Part shown: positions 47,074 to 56,203 of the stretch, piece after piece
Layout: every line of letters begins with the position of its first letter
Position numbering within the stretch: position 1 is the first letter of the stretch
Assembly (NCBI GenBank): GCA_045592785.1
Contig: JAZNVL010000020.1
Coordinates: 9,872-73,871 of the forward strand
Length of the DNA stretch: 64,000 nucleotides
From: Victivallales bacterium
GTDB taxonomy: Bacteria; Verrucomicrobiota; Lentisphaeria; Victivallales; UBA1829
Direction: 5' to 3'
Position numbers and translations under genes: made by a program
The notes under the pieces: generated by a model
What the model was told of the DNA's origin: nothing
Seen by the model: only the letters and a program-made list of their open reading frames with translations
The model's database searches: none

Positions 47074-47733
47074 TTATTTTTTGTGAAGGATCAGCTGGAT
47101 CTGCGCCAAAGCATCGCCTTTGGTCTGGTCCACCGGGAAAAAGTGAGAATAAAATTCATAAAGAGCACTTTCGCGGAACGGGAGATGATCCAGCACGCGG
47201 TACTTGAAAGACCGGAAACAACGTCGGAAAAACGACAACCGACGGAAACAGGTACAACTGCGTTTATAGCCTTCATCCTGCAACTCAATATGAAAGGAAC
47301 TTACATCAGGGAGCGATTGCGCCAGATCAAGCAGATTCAATGATTTCTCCGACCAGCTTTTACGCTTGGAAATGGTGAAAGTCCATTTATGATCCGGATT
47401 GAACTGACTGGGCCAGAGTCCCTGCTCATAAAGATCTTCATCGGGAACAAAAATGATCATGACACCGCCGGGCTTCACCAGCGACCACCATTCACGCAGC
47501 ACGGAAGGCGGATCGATCATGTGTTCCAGACAATGGGAGGAAAATACATAATCAAAGGAGTCTTTCACATACTCCGTAATGTGATTGGCATCCCCGTCTT
47601 CCATGTCGAACCGTTTGCAGTCGGGACGGATCGGGGAAGTGCCGCAGCCGATATCAATGCCTTTCCCTTGCATAACGAGATTCTTTTCTTCATCCGTCCA
47701 CATATTCCAGATCTTGTTTGCTTCTTCTGCCAT
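47074..47733 (-). CDS. class I SAM-dependent methyltransferase
   Basis: Motif I is GIDIGCGTSP. FDYVFSSHCLEHM and VKPGGVMIIFVP are also present. Confidence 0.7.
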   Translation of the reverse strand: MAEEANKIWNMWTDEEKNLVMQGKGIDIGCGTSPIRPDCKRFDMEDGDANHITEYVKDSFDYVFSSHCLEHMIDPPSVLREWWSLVKPGGVMIIFVPDEDLYEQGLWPSQFNPDHKWTFTISKRKSWSEKSLNLLDLAQSLPDVSSFHIELQDEGYKRSCTCFRRLSFFRRCFRSFKYRVLDHLPFRESALYEFYSHFFPVDQTKGDALAQIQLILHKK

Positions 47734-47748
47734 AAAAATTACTCCGGA

Positions 47749-48840
47749 TTATAAAATTCGTTCCAATAACTTCATCCACTTCTCCGTGAACGTTTGAACG
47801 GAAAATTCCGTGCTGATCTTCTTTGCATTGTCGGCGAAAGTCCGGCGCAATTCCGGATCGTTCAGCAGGGCAAGGATCTTTTCTTCCATCGCAGGAATAT
47901 CTTCCGCAGGTGCAAGATATCCGTTTTCTCCGTCACGGATCATTTCGGAGGGTCCGATCTTACAGTCAAACGCCACCGCCGGACAACCCTCCGACATGGC
48001 TTCCAGCAAGACAAGTCCGAATCCTTCGTACCGGGAGGGCATCACCAGGAGAGATGCGTGTTTGTAATAGTCATAAGGATCGCATCTGCCGGGGAGTTTC
48101 ACACGGTCCGCAAGGTCGCGCCGGCGCAATTCCTCTTCGATGAGCCTGCGATATCTGCCTTCCCCCAGAATGATCCAGTTGTATTCCGGGAAACGGGCGA
48201 GGATGTGTTCCGCCATCGCCGGGATCCGGTCAAATCCCTTCTGGTGATCCAGTCTGCCCACGCTCAAAATAAACGGTTTGTCTTCCGGTGATCCGCTGTC
48301 GGATGGTGTACGGGGGATCAGGGCGTTATAAATGGGGACCACGCTCCCGCGGACGGGTGTTTCCTGATATTGCAGCGCATCGGCTTTCGTGAGTGTCACG
48401 ATGGCATCGGCGTATTGTTTCGCATGTGTCCTGCCCCGGTCCCGGAGCGGGACACCCAGATTTTCGTAAAAATGGAAATGTTCCCAGGCGATCCATTTGC
48501 ATTTGACCTTATTGACCGCGGCGGCAGATGCCGTGGAAAGGATCACATCCACATCGATCAGCACATCCACCTGCTGTTTGCAGAGGAAAGAAGCCAGACG
48601 GCGCCGGGTGAACGGGAGCATAAGCCGGTAGTGGTGATCCTTTTTGTAGAGCGCAAACCGAAATACCCGGGGATCGAGTTCAAAAAACGCGGTTTGACTT
48701 CGTTCCGTGAGGGAAAGGATAAGAACGCGGTATGGGGTATGGTTCACCAGTTCATTGGCGAGGAGTGATGTCATGCGTTCCGTACCGCCGCACCGGGTGA
48801 TATCCCCGATAAAAAGGCACACTGTTTTCACAATCACCAT
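47749..48840 (-). CDS. glycosyltransferase family 4 (GT-B, GT1-type)
   Basis: It has GGTERMTSLLANEL near the N-terminus and the C-terminal SRYEGFGLVLLEAMSEGCPAVAFD...E....NG motif. Confidence 0.8.
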   Translation of the reverse strand: MVIVKTVCLFIGDITRCGGTERMTSLLANELVNHTPYRVLILSLTERSQTAFFELDPRVFRFALYKKDHHYRLMLPFTRRRLASFLCKQQVDVLIDVDVILSTASAAAVNKVKCKWIAWEHFHFYENLGVPLRDRGRTHAKQYADAIVTLTKADALQYQETPVRGSVVPIYNALIPRTPSDSGSPEDKPFILSVGRLDHQKGFDRIPAMAEHILARFPEYNWIILGEGRYRRLIEEELRRRDLADRVKLPGRCDPYDYYKHASLLVMPSRYEGFGLVLLEAMSEGCPAVAFDCKIGPSEMIRDGENGYLAPAEDIPAMEEKILALLNDPELRRTFADNAKKISTEFSVQTFTEKWMKLLERIL

Positions 48841-48992
48841 GCCCGGAAAATCAGAATGGAAAGAACTTTTTCTTTGTGCAGAGGAAGTAAAACAACATCA
48901 TACACCGATGATCTTCCAGCCTTTCGATGCAAAAGAAACAAGCATGGAAAATCCCAGTTTACCCAAACCGAATACAGATAATTTTTGCTGCA

Positions 48993-49970
48993 TCATGCCT
49001 GCCACTTCATTTTTTCGACCTCTGTCTTGATCCAGTCGTAAGTCAACTTCATACCGACTTCCAATTTCTGCACAGGTGCCCAGGAAAGTTTTTCCCGAAT
49101 GAGGGTGTTGTCCGAGCTGCGCCCCCGAACACCCAAAGGACCTTCAATATGAACGATATTCAAATCTTTTCCGGCATGCTTCATCACCATTTTCGCAAGA
49201 TCATTGATCGAGATCAGTTCATCACTGCCGATATTTACCGGACCGGAAAAGTCTGACTCCATCAGCTTACGGATGCCATCCAGACACTCGTCAATATACA
49301 GAAATGTCCGTGTTTGTTCGCCATCGCCCCAAATCTCAATCGTACCGCCTTGTTTTGCCTCGGCAACTTTACGACACATTGCGGCAGGTGCTTTTTCTCT
49401 ACCGCCGCACCAGGTGCCAAACGGACCGAAAATATTATGGAATCTTGCCACATGGACTTCGATCCCATAATTTCTTGCATAAGAAAACCACATGCGTTCA
49501 CTGAACAGTTTTTCCCACCCATATTCACTGTCAGGGCCTGCCGGATACGCATCACTCTCTTTCAATCCGCGGTTATCGCTTTCCCGCTGGATTGCTTCCG
49601 GATAAATACAGGCACTGGAACTGTAAAATACTTTTTTGATTTTTTTCCGGTATGCCTGTTCAGCCATATTCAGGTTGATCATTGCTGAATTATGCATCAC
49701 CACAGCATCATGCTCACCGCTGAAAATGTAACCGGCACCGCCCATATCGGCTGCCAATTGATAAAGCTCATCAAATTGACATACAGAAGCAAGTTTGTCA
49801 CAAAAAACAGGATCCCGCAAATCACCAAGGAAAAACTGGTCTGCCGAAGTTTCCCGAAATTCCGGAGCTTTTATATCTGCCCCAACTACATAATAGCCTT
49901 CGCCTTTTAAACGACATACAAGATGTCCACCAATAAAACCACCTGCACCGCACACTAATGCTTTTTTCAT
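48993..49970 (-). CDS. extended-SDR epimerase, GDP-mannose 3,5-epimerase-like
   Basis: It has ALVCGAGGFIGGHL and YGWEKLFSE (YxxxK). RFHNIFGPFGTWCGGREKAPAAMCRK closely matches the plant GME block RFHNIYGPFGTWKGGREKAPAAFCRK as I recall it. Confidence 0.7.
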   Translation of the reverse strand: MKKALVCGAGGFIGGHLVCRLKGEGYYVVGADIKAPEFRETSADQFFLGDLRDPVFCDKLASVCQFDELYQLAADMGGAGYIFSGEHDAVVMHNSAMINLNMAEQAYRKKIKKVFYSSSACIYPEAIQRESDNRGLKESDAYPAGPDSEYGWEKLFSERMWFSYARNYGIEVHVARFHNIFGPFGTWCGGREKAPAAMCRKVAEAKQGGTIEIWGDGEQTRTFLYIDECLDGIRKLMESDFSGPVNIGSDELISINDLAKMVMKHAGKDLNIVHIEGPLGVRGRSSDNTLIREKLSWAPVQKLEVGMKLTYDWIKTEVEKMKWQA

Positions 49971-50240
49971 TTCATCTCCTGATTATATGTTTTCTTGCTT
50001 GGAACTGTAATGAATAATATAATGCTGAAAGTTTAAAAGTCAAGTTTTACGCAAAAAAAAAAATGTAAAATAATCAAGTAAAAAGCAGGTTATGGATTTG
50101 ACAATAAAAGAAACCGTGTTACATTACGGAATAAAACGTATATTTAGACATGAGATTGCATTGTAATCCGGATCGGGACTGTATACGGAACGCCACTGCA
50201 CCGGCATCAGCCCCACACAAGAAAGAAAAATAGAGAAACG

Positions 50241-51290
50241 ATGAAATTGCCTTCATTGAAAATCGGACGTCTTGAATCAAAGTTTCCTGTCATTCAGGCA
50301 GGTATGGGAGTGAGAATCGGGTCAGCCACTCTGGCTGCGGAAACCATCCGGCTGGGCGGCTACGGAACCATCGCCAGCGTGGGAATGGGTGACATCAACG
50401 ACGCAAAGCATGACTTTGTGAATGTCTGCGGCAATGCACTTGCCGAAGAGATCCGGAAAGCCCGCGCATTGTGCGAAGGAAAAAAACCTCTGGGCGTAAA
50501 CGTCATGGTCGCACTCTCCAACTACAAAGAAATCGTTGAGACTTCCGTGAAAGAAGGCGTGGATTTCATCATTTCCGGTGCGGGACTTCCCCTGAACCTG
50601 CCGGAATTTGCTCCGGATCCCGATATCGCGCTGATCCCCGTGGTCTCCGGCGGTCGTGCGCTGGAAGTCATCCTCAAGACCTGGGCACGGAAATACAACC
50701 GGAAACCGGATGCCGTGATCGTGGAAGGTCCCCGCAATGGCGGACACCTGGGCTTCACCATGGAAATGATCGAAAATCCGGACAGCTGTTCCCTGGAGAT
50801 CCTGCTGAAAGAGATCAAGACAGTTCTGGCGGCATACGATTGTCCCGATATCCCCGTGCTGGGCGCAGAAATGGTTTCCAACCGCGCCGATATCGAACGG
50901 ATCATTGCCATGGGGTATGACGGTGTGCAGATCGGAACGTATTTCATCTGTTCGGAAGAAGCCGGGATCGACCGGAAATCAAAAGAAGTTCTCGTCAAGG
51001 CAAAAGCCGAAGACGTGGTCATTATCAAGAGTCCCGTGGGACTCCCCGTGCGCGTACTCAAAACCCCGTTGGTCCAGCGCGTGCTTGCGGGCGAACGGAC
51101 ACCATTCACCTGTCCCTACCGCTGTCTGCGGACATGCAACCCGGCGAAATCACTGTTCTGTATTGCCCGTGCGCTGATCGCCACCTGGCAGGGCGACACG
51201 GAAAACGGACTTTACATGTGCGGTTCCAATGTGGGTGCGGTGGATCATATCTACCCGCTGAAAGAATTCTTCGATACACTGGAAGATTGA
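50241..51290 (+). CDS. nitronate monooxygenase / FabK-like FMN-dependent oxidoreductase (NMO family)
   Basis: It has FPVIQAGMGVRIGSATLAAE, GAGLP, EGPRNGGHLG and DGVQIGTYF, arranged as a TIM-barrel flavoenzyme. Confidence 0.7.
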   Translation: MKLPSLKIGRLESKFPVIQAGMGVRIGSATLAAETIRLGGYGTIASVGMGDINDAKHDFVNVCGNALAEEIRKARALCEGKKPLGVNVMVALSNYKEIVETSVKEGVDFIISGAGLPLNLPEFAPDPDIALIPVVSGGRALEVILKTWARKYNRKPDAVIVEGPRNGGHLGFTMEMIENPDSCSLEILLKEIKTVLAAYDCPDIPVLGAEMVSNRADIERIIAMGYDGVQIGTYFICSEEAGIDRKSKEVLVKAKAEDVVIIKSPVGLPVRVLKTPLVQRVLAGERTPFTCPYRCLRTCNPAKSLFCIARALIATWQGDTENGLYMCGSNVGAVDHIYPLKEFFDTLED

Positions 51291-51296
51291 TGCGTT

Positions 51297-52580
51297 ATGC
51301 GTGACATCATTATCGAAGGACCTGCCAAGACATCCGGGATCATCCGGCCCGGCGGCAACAAGAATGCGGCTCTGCCCATCATCGCCGCCGCCATGCTGAC
51401 CGATGAACCCGTGGTACTCCATAACGTTCCCAATATCCTGGATGCCGATGCCATGCTCAATCTGGCACGGCAGATCGGCGCAAGTGTGACCCGGAACGGC
51501 AACGATGTGACCATTCATGCCGCCACACTCAACCGTTCCGATCTCCCGCGGAACCTCTGCGCATCCATCCGCGCTTCCGTGCTGTTCGGTGCGCCGGTGG
51601 CGATCCGCTGCGGGGAAGCCACTGTGGGGTTGCCCGGCGGTGACTTTATCGGACGGCGCAGGCTGGATTCCCATTATTACGGCTTGAAAAAGCTGGGGAT
51701 CTCCAATACGCTGGGCGCCGGTGCGGTCACGTTCAAGATGGAAAAGAGCCATCTGACGGCATCTGACATTTTCCTGGATGAAGCCAGCGTTACGGCAACG
51801 GAACACATCCTTACGGCAGCCGTACTGGCGAAAGGGACGACGGTGATCCGGAATGCGGCTGCGGAACCGCATGTTCAGCAGCTGGCGGAATTTCTGAACG
51901 CCATGGGCGCACAAATCTCCGGAATCGATACCAATACCTATGTCATCAAGGGCGTGGAGAAACTCCACGGCTGTGAATACGAACTGGAAGCCGACCACAT
52001 CGAAGTGGCAAGTTTTCTTTCCATGGCGGCTGCCACCGGCGGCAGTGTGGAATTCGAAGGCAATATCAAGCTCCATCATTACTGGATGACACGACGCGTT
52101 TTCGAACGGTTCAACATCCATTTCAAGTTGACAAACGGACACATCTCCATGCCAGGCGGACAGCGTCTCCGGGTGAAGATGGATGCCGGGAACGCCATCC
52201 CCATGGTGGCGGACGGACCCTGGCCCCAATTTCCCAGTGATATGATGAGCTGTATGATCGTTGCGGCAACCCAGGCAAAAGGTACGGTCATGTTCTTCGA
52301 AAAGATGTTCGAGAGCCGTCTGTACTTTGTAGACCGTCTGATCGCCATGGGAGCCAACGCCGTTGTGTGTGACCCGCACCGCGTGGTGATCTCCGGTCCG
52401 GCAAAATTGCGCCCGCTGGAAATGTCCAGTCCGGATATCCGTGCAGGGATGGCGATGGTTCTGGCGGCAAGCTGTGCCAAAGGCCGGAGCGTGATCCATA
52501 ATGCCGACATGATCTTCCGGGGTTATGAAAATCTGATGGAAAAACTCCAGACCCTGGGCGTGCAGGCGGAACTGGTCTGA
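51297..52580 (+). CDS. murA: UDP-N-acetylglucosamine 1-carboxyvinyltransferase
   Basis: It has GGNKNAALPIIAAAML and LPGGDFIGRRRLD (Asp replaces the usual Cys in the catalytic loop). The ...FPSDMM... region also fits. 427 aa, collinear with MurA. Confidence 0.85.
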   Translation: MRDIIIEGPAKTSGIIRPGGNKNAALPIIAAAMLTDEPVVLHNVPNILDADAMLNLARQIGASVTRNGNDVTIHAATLNRSDLPRNLCASIRASVLFGAPVAIRCGEATVGLPGGDFIGRRRLDSHYYGLKKLGISNTLGAGAVTFKMEKSHLTASDIFLDEASVTATEHILTAAVLAKGTTVIRNAAAEPHVQQLAEFLNAMGAQISGIDTNTYVIKGVEKLHGCEYELEADHIEVASFLSMAAATGGSVEFEGNIKLHHYWMTRRVFERFNIHFKLTNGHISMPGGQRLRVKMDAGNAIPMVADGPWPQFPSDMMSCMIVAATQAKGTVMFFEKMFESRLYFVDRLIAMGANAVVCDPHRVVISGPAKLRPLEMSSPDIRAGMAMVLAASCAKGRSVIHNADMIFRGYENLMEKLQTLGVQAELV

Positions 52581-52584
52581 TCCC

Positions 52585-54198
52585 ATGATCCGGCAATATC
52601 AATTCCCGGCGCGGGATAACGTCCTTCTTGCCGCAGAGGTTTATCTCCCCGACAGCGGCGGACCGTTCCCGTTGGTGGTCATCCGTTCCCCTTACAGTGT
52701 CTGCGGGACTCCGCAGCCCGGTGTGGAACACATACTCCGTCAGGGGATCGGTTATCTGCTGCAGGATTGTCGCGGCACGGGGAAATCAGAGGGGACGGCA
52801 GATTACTGGCGTCAGGAAGTGCAGGATGCCGCCGATCTCTTCGCCTGGCTCAAAACACAGGACTGGTTCAACGGACACCTGGTGATGTCCGGGGAATCCT
52901 ATTGCGGGGCGGTACAATGGCAGGCATTGCGGAGTTCAGAAGCCGGTGTCATTGCCGGGTTCGCACCCAATAACGCACCGCTGGATTGTTATGACGGAGT
53001 CTATTATCCCAACGGCGTATTCGGTTACGACGGCGGCATATACTGGGCATTGCTGCAACGTCATCTGCGGCTCCACGGGACGGAACTTTCGGTTCCGGAA
53101 AGCACCCTTCATTCACTCCCCTTATGCGCACTGGATGAGAAAACCGGGCCCGGCAGATGGGATGCGTTTCAACACTGGCTCGCACACCCGGAAAAAGATG
53201 CGTACTGGGAATCCCTTTCCGCTTATAACGCCATTCCCAAAATCAGAGTGCCCGCGTTCATCACCGGAGGCTGGTTCGATCCTTTTATCCGGCAGACACT
53301 CCGGGCGTTCACTGCCATGCGGAACTCTGCCGCCACCCCGGAAGCAAGAGAATACACCCGGCTCATCATCGAACCGGTGACACATACCATGACGCCGGGC
53401 GGCGGGGATTACGGAAAGTTTTTCCGTGCCGGGCTCATCGGACTCCGCAGTCAATTTCTCCGGAACCGTCTGCTGACACCGGACGAGGATCCCCTGCCCG
53501 ATCTGCCGCCGATCCGTTTCTTCCTCATGGGGTCCAATCAATGGATCGATGCGGCGGAATGGCCCATCCCTGCGGAACAGTATACGCTCTATCTGAACGG
53601 GGAAAAACTCACCCCGGCTCCAGGCGGCAACGGAACACGTTCGTTCGTTTATGATCCGGCGGATCCGGTCCCGACGACGGGCGGCGCAAGCATCGGTTTT
53701 CTCTCCTGCGGACAAAAGGAACAGAGCCCGGTGGAAAACCGGGCGGATGTTCTGGTCTATACGACAGAAGTCCTGCCGGAAGACCTGCATATCATCGGGG
53801 GGATCCGGGCGGTCCTGTATGCGGAAAGCAGTGCGCCGGAAACCGCGTTCACCGTCAAGATCTGTGACGTTCACCCGGATGGTTCCTCCTGGAACGTTTG
53901 TGACGGGATCATCGGGACCGCGCACCGTAACGGGAATCACTGCAAAGCCCCTGCGCTTACGCCCGGGGAAGTGGTATGTTATTCCGTGGATTGCGGCGTG
54001 ACAGCCATGACATTCCGGCAGGGACACCGTTTGCGGGTGCAGATCTCCAGCAGCAATTTTCCCATGTATGCACGGAATCCCAATACGGGGAACCCGTTCC
54101 ACGAAGAAACATCGTTCCGGAAAGCGGAACAGACCGTGCATCACGGGAAGACGTACCCGGCACGGCTGCTCCTGCCTGTAGTGAAAGAACTGCCGTAA
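52585..54198 (+). CDS. CocE/NonD family hydrolase (S15 X-Pro dipeptidyl-peptidase-like)
   Basis: It has RSPY..., QDCRGTGKSEG and the nucleophile elbow GESYCG. The C-terminal beta-sandwich region (DVxPDG....V.DG..R) is present. Confidence 0.8.
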   Translation: MIRQYQFPARDNVLLAAEVYLPDSGGPFPLVVIRSPYSVCGTPQPGVEHILRQGIGYLLQDCRGTGKSEGTADYWRQEVQDAADLFAWLKTQDWFNGHLVMSGESYCGAVQWQALRSSEAGVIAGFAPNNAPLDCYDGVYYPNGVFGYDGGIYWALLQRHLRLHGTELSVPESTLHSLPLCALDEKTGPGRWDAFQHWLAHPEKDAYWESLSAYNAIPKIRVPAFITGGWFDPFIRQTLRAFTAMRNSAATPEAREYTRLIIEPVTHTMTPGGGDYGKFFRAGLIGLRSQFLRNRLLTPDEDPLPDLPPIRFFLMGSNQWIDAAEWPIPAEQYTLYLNGEKLTPAPGGNGTRSFVYDPADPVPTTGGASIGFLSCGQKEQSPVENRADVLVYTTEVLPEDLHIIGGIRAVLYAESSAPETAFTVKICDVHPDGSSWNVCDGIIGTAHRNGNHCKAPALTPGEVVCYSVDCGVTAMTFRQGHRLRVQISSSNFPMYARNPNTGNPFHEETSFRKAEQTVHHGKTYPARLLLPVVKELP

Positions 54199-54205
54199 AA
54201 GGCGG

Positions 54206-56188
54206 TCAGTCGGTCAACTGCCAGCAATCGGTACGGAACGGGGACGCGGGGAACCCGGCATCATTATACAGCACACATTCCGGGTTATCCGACCAGCCGT
54301 ACCGGACAGCGGAAGGGAAATTCCCTGCGGCAGATGCACGCACGAAAATGGAATTGCCGTCCACTTCCACACTGTCGGCGGGGATGAACTCCCGTTTTGT
54401 ATCGTTCGCCACATAGAAACAGCGGGCTGCGTTTTCCTTCAGAACAAGTTTGCCTTCGTTCCGGAAGAAGATGCGGACCCCGCCCGGTTCCAGTTGGAAT
54501 GATTCATACTGCGGACCGCCGGCAACACGTTCTTTCCGGAACACCGATTTCAGCGCGTGTGCAGCAAGACGGCACCCCACGGATTTCTTATCCTGCGGGT
54601 GGATGTCATTGGCTTCCCCGACATCAATGGCGGTCGCCATATAGACATTTTTGAGTTTGCGGCAGACGGATTGCTGCTGTTCGCGGAGCGGAGCCCAGGC
54701 GCTTTTTGCATCGTAGAGAGAACGTTCTCTGAAGTTGGCGAGCTCCACCTGAATGAAAGGGAAATCCCCTTGTTCAAAACGGAACCGCCAGTCTTCGATC
54801 ATATTGGCAAGCATGTTTCCGTAGCGGACCGAACGCCGGATTTTCGGGGCGTTGCTTTCGCCCTGATACCAGATGACACCGCCGATCCCGTAGGGAATAA
54901 GCGGATGGATCATGGAGTCAAACAACGCGGCAGGACCATTGACGCAGCCGGCACCGACCGTGGCACCGGGGACCGTTTCCGTGATCCCGAGGTCGTGTTC
55001 GGCAGTGGCTTTCCATTCGCCGTCTGTGGGGATCGCACCCCCGTTCCCATCGGCACGTTCGATGCGGAACATCTCTGCTTTTCCGCTGAGATTGCCGTCA
55101 TAGGCATAAGAGAACGCGCGGACCGCGATCACATTTTTCCCGGCTTTCACCAGATCGCCGGGGATGGCATAACAGCGTTCCGTGCCCCAGTAGTGTTCTT
55201 CCAGATCTTTCCCGGTCCTGCCGATCTCCACGCCGTTGAAGTAGGTCACATCATGCTTATCCACGGGCCCGGAATGATAAACGAGATCTTTGCCCGCCCA
55301 ATCATCCGGCAGTGTGATTTCCTTACGGACCCAGATGGACCCGTTTTTGGCGATTCCCTGCTGGATCCAGCTGCCGGGGATCTTCATGGTCTTCCAGGAG
55401 GCATCATCGAAATCAATTGCCGCCCAGCCCTGATCGAACCCGGTGTTTCCCGGATCGGCGGGGTAAGGCATATACTCCGCAGTCTGGGGCAGATGGAGAT
55501 CTTCGAACTTACAGACGTCATCATACCGCCGGACTTCGAATGCCGTTTCCGGATTCCGGAGCAGACCGCCCCGGCTGGTCCAGGTTTCCACAATGGTCCC
55601 GCCCCAACTGGAACAGATGACACCCACAGGGATATCCTGTTCATCGTTGAGGGTGAGAGCGAACCAGGCGGCAACGGCGGAAACAGGGCCCGCGGTCTCC
55701 GGCGTGACAACAGTCCATTGGCTGAGCCCTTCCACGGGGAAGGAATCTTCCGGGATCCCGGTGACTCTTCTGGGAATGATGATGGCACGGATCTGCGTAC
55801 GGCTGCCGAGACGCTGTTTGTATTCATCGCTCTGGATCCGGCCTAATTTGACCTGATCTTGGGGTGCGCCACATGCCCAGTCGGTATCGAGAGAATAATC
55901 CATGTTGGATTGTCCGGATGCGATCCAGACTTCTCCGATAAGAATATCTTCCAGTACGACCTGATCCCCGTTGTCCATGTCGGTAACGGTGAGGGTATAA
56001 GGTCCGCCCGCACTCATCACGGGGAACCGGAGCAGGAAAGAACCGGTCCCGTTGACTTTGGTGTACGCCGTGACACCGGCGAGTTCCGCCTTGATATTGT
56101 GTCCGGGTTCCGCATCGCCCCAGACAGGGATGGTGATATTCCGCTGCAGGACGGCGTGAGATTGAAAAATGGATGCCAGTTTCATCAT
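54206..56188 (-). CDS. sialate O-acetylesterase family protein (SGNH-like with inserted carbohydrate-binding domain)
   Basis: It has FQSHAVLQRN..IPVWG, GEVWIASGQSNM (catalytic Ser), VTYFNGVEIGRTG and VIWYQGESN. It is a paralog of the upstream gene. Confidence 0.8.
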   Translation of the reverse strand: MMKLASIFQSHAVLQRNITIPVWGDAEPGHNIKAELAGVTAYTKVNGTGSFLLRFPVMSAGGPYTLTVTDMDNGDQVVLEDILIGEVWIASGQSNMDYSLDTDWACGAPQDQVKLGRIQSDEYKQRLGSRTQIRAIIIPRRVTGIPEDSFPVEGLSQWTVVTPETAGPVSAVAAWFALTLNDEQDIPVGVICSSWGGTIVETWTSRGGLLRNPETAFEVRRYDDVCKFEDLHLPQTAEYMPYPADPGNTGFDQGWAAIDFDDASWKTMKIPGSWIQQGIAKNGSIWVRKEITLPDDWAGKDLVYHSGPVDKHDVTYFNGVEIGRTGKDLEEHYWGTERCYAIPGDLVKAGKNVIAVRAFSYAYDGNLSGKAEMFRIERADGNGGAIPTDGEWKATAEHDLGITETVPGATVGAGCVNGPAALFDSMIHPLIPYGIGGVIWYQGESNAPKIRRSVRYGNMLANMIEDWRFRFEQGDFPFIQVELANFRERSLYDAKSAWAPLREQQQSVCRKLKNVYMATAIDVGEANDIHPQDKKSVGCRLAAHALKSVFRKERVAGGPQYESFQLEPGGVRIFFRNEGKLVLKENAARCFYVANDTKREFIPADSVEVDGNSIFVRASAAGNFPSAVRYGWSDNPECVLYNDAGFPASPFRTDCWQLTD

Positions 56189-56203
56189 TGCAAACGCTCC
56201 ATC

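Noticed and set aside
51150-52586. 478-aa ORF antisense to murA
   Set aside because: It is a shadow of murA with no motifs and His/Gly/Arg-rich composition.
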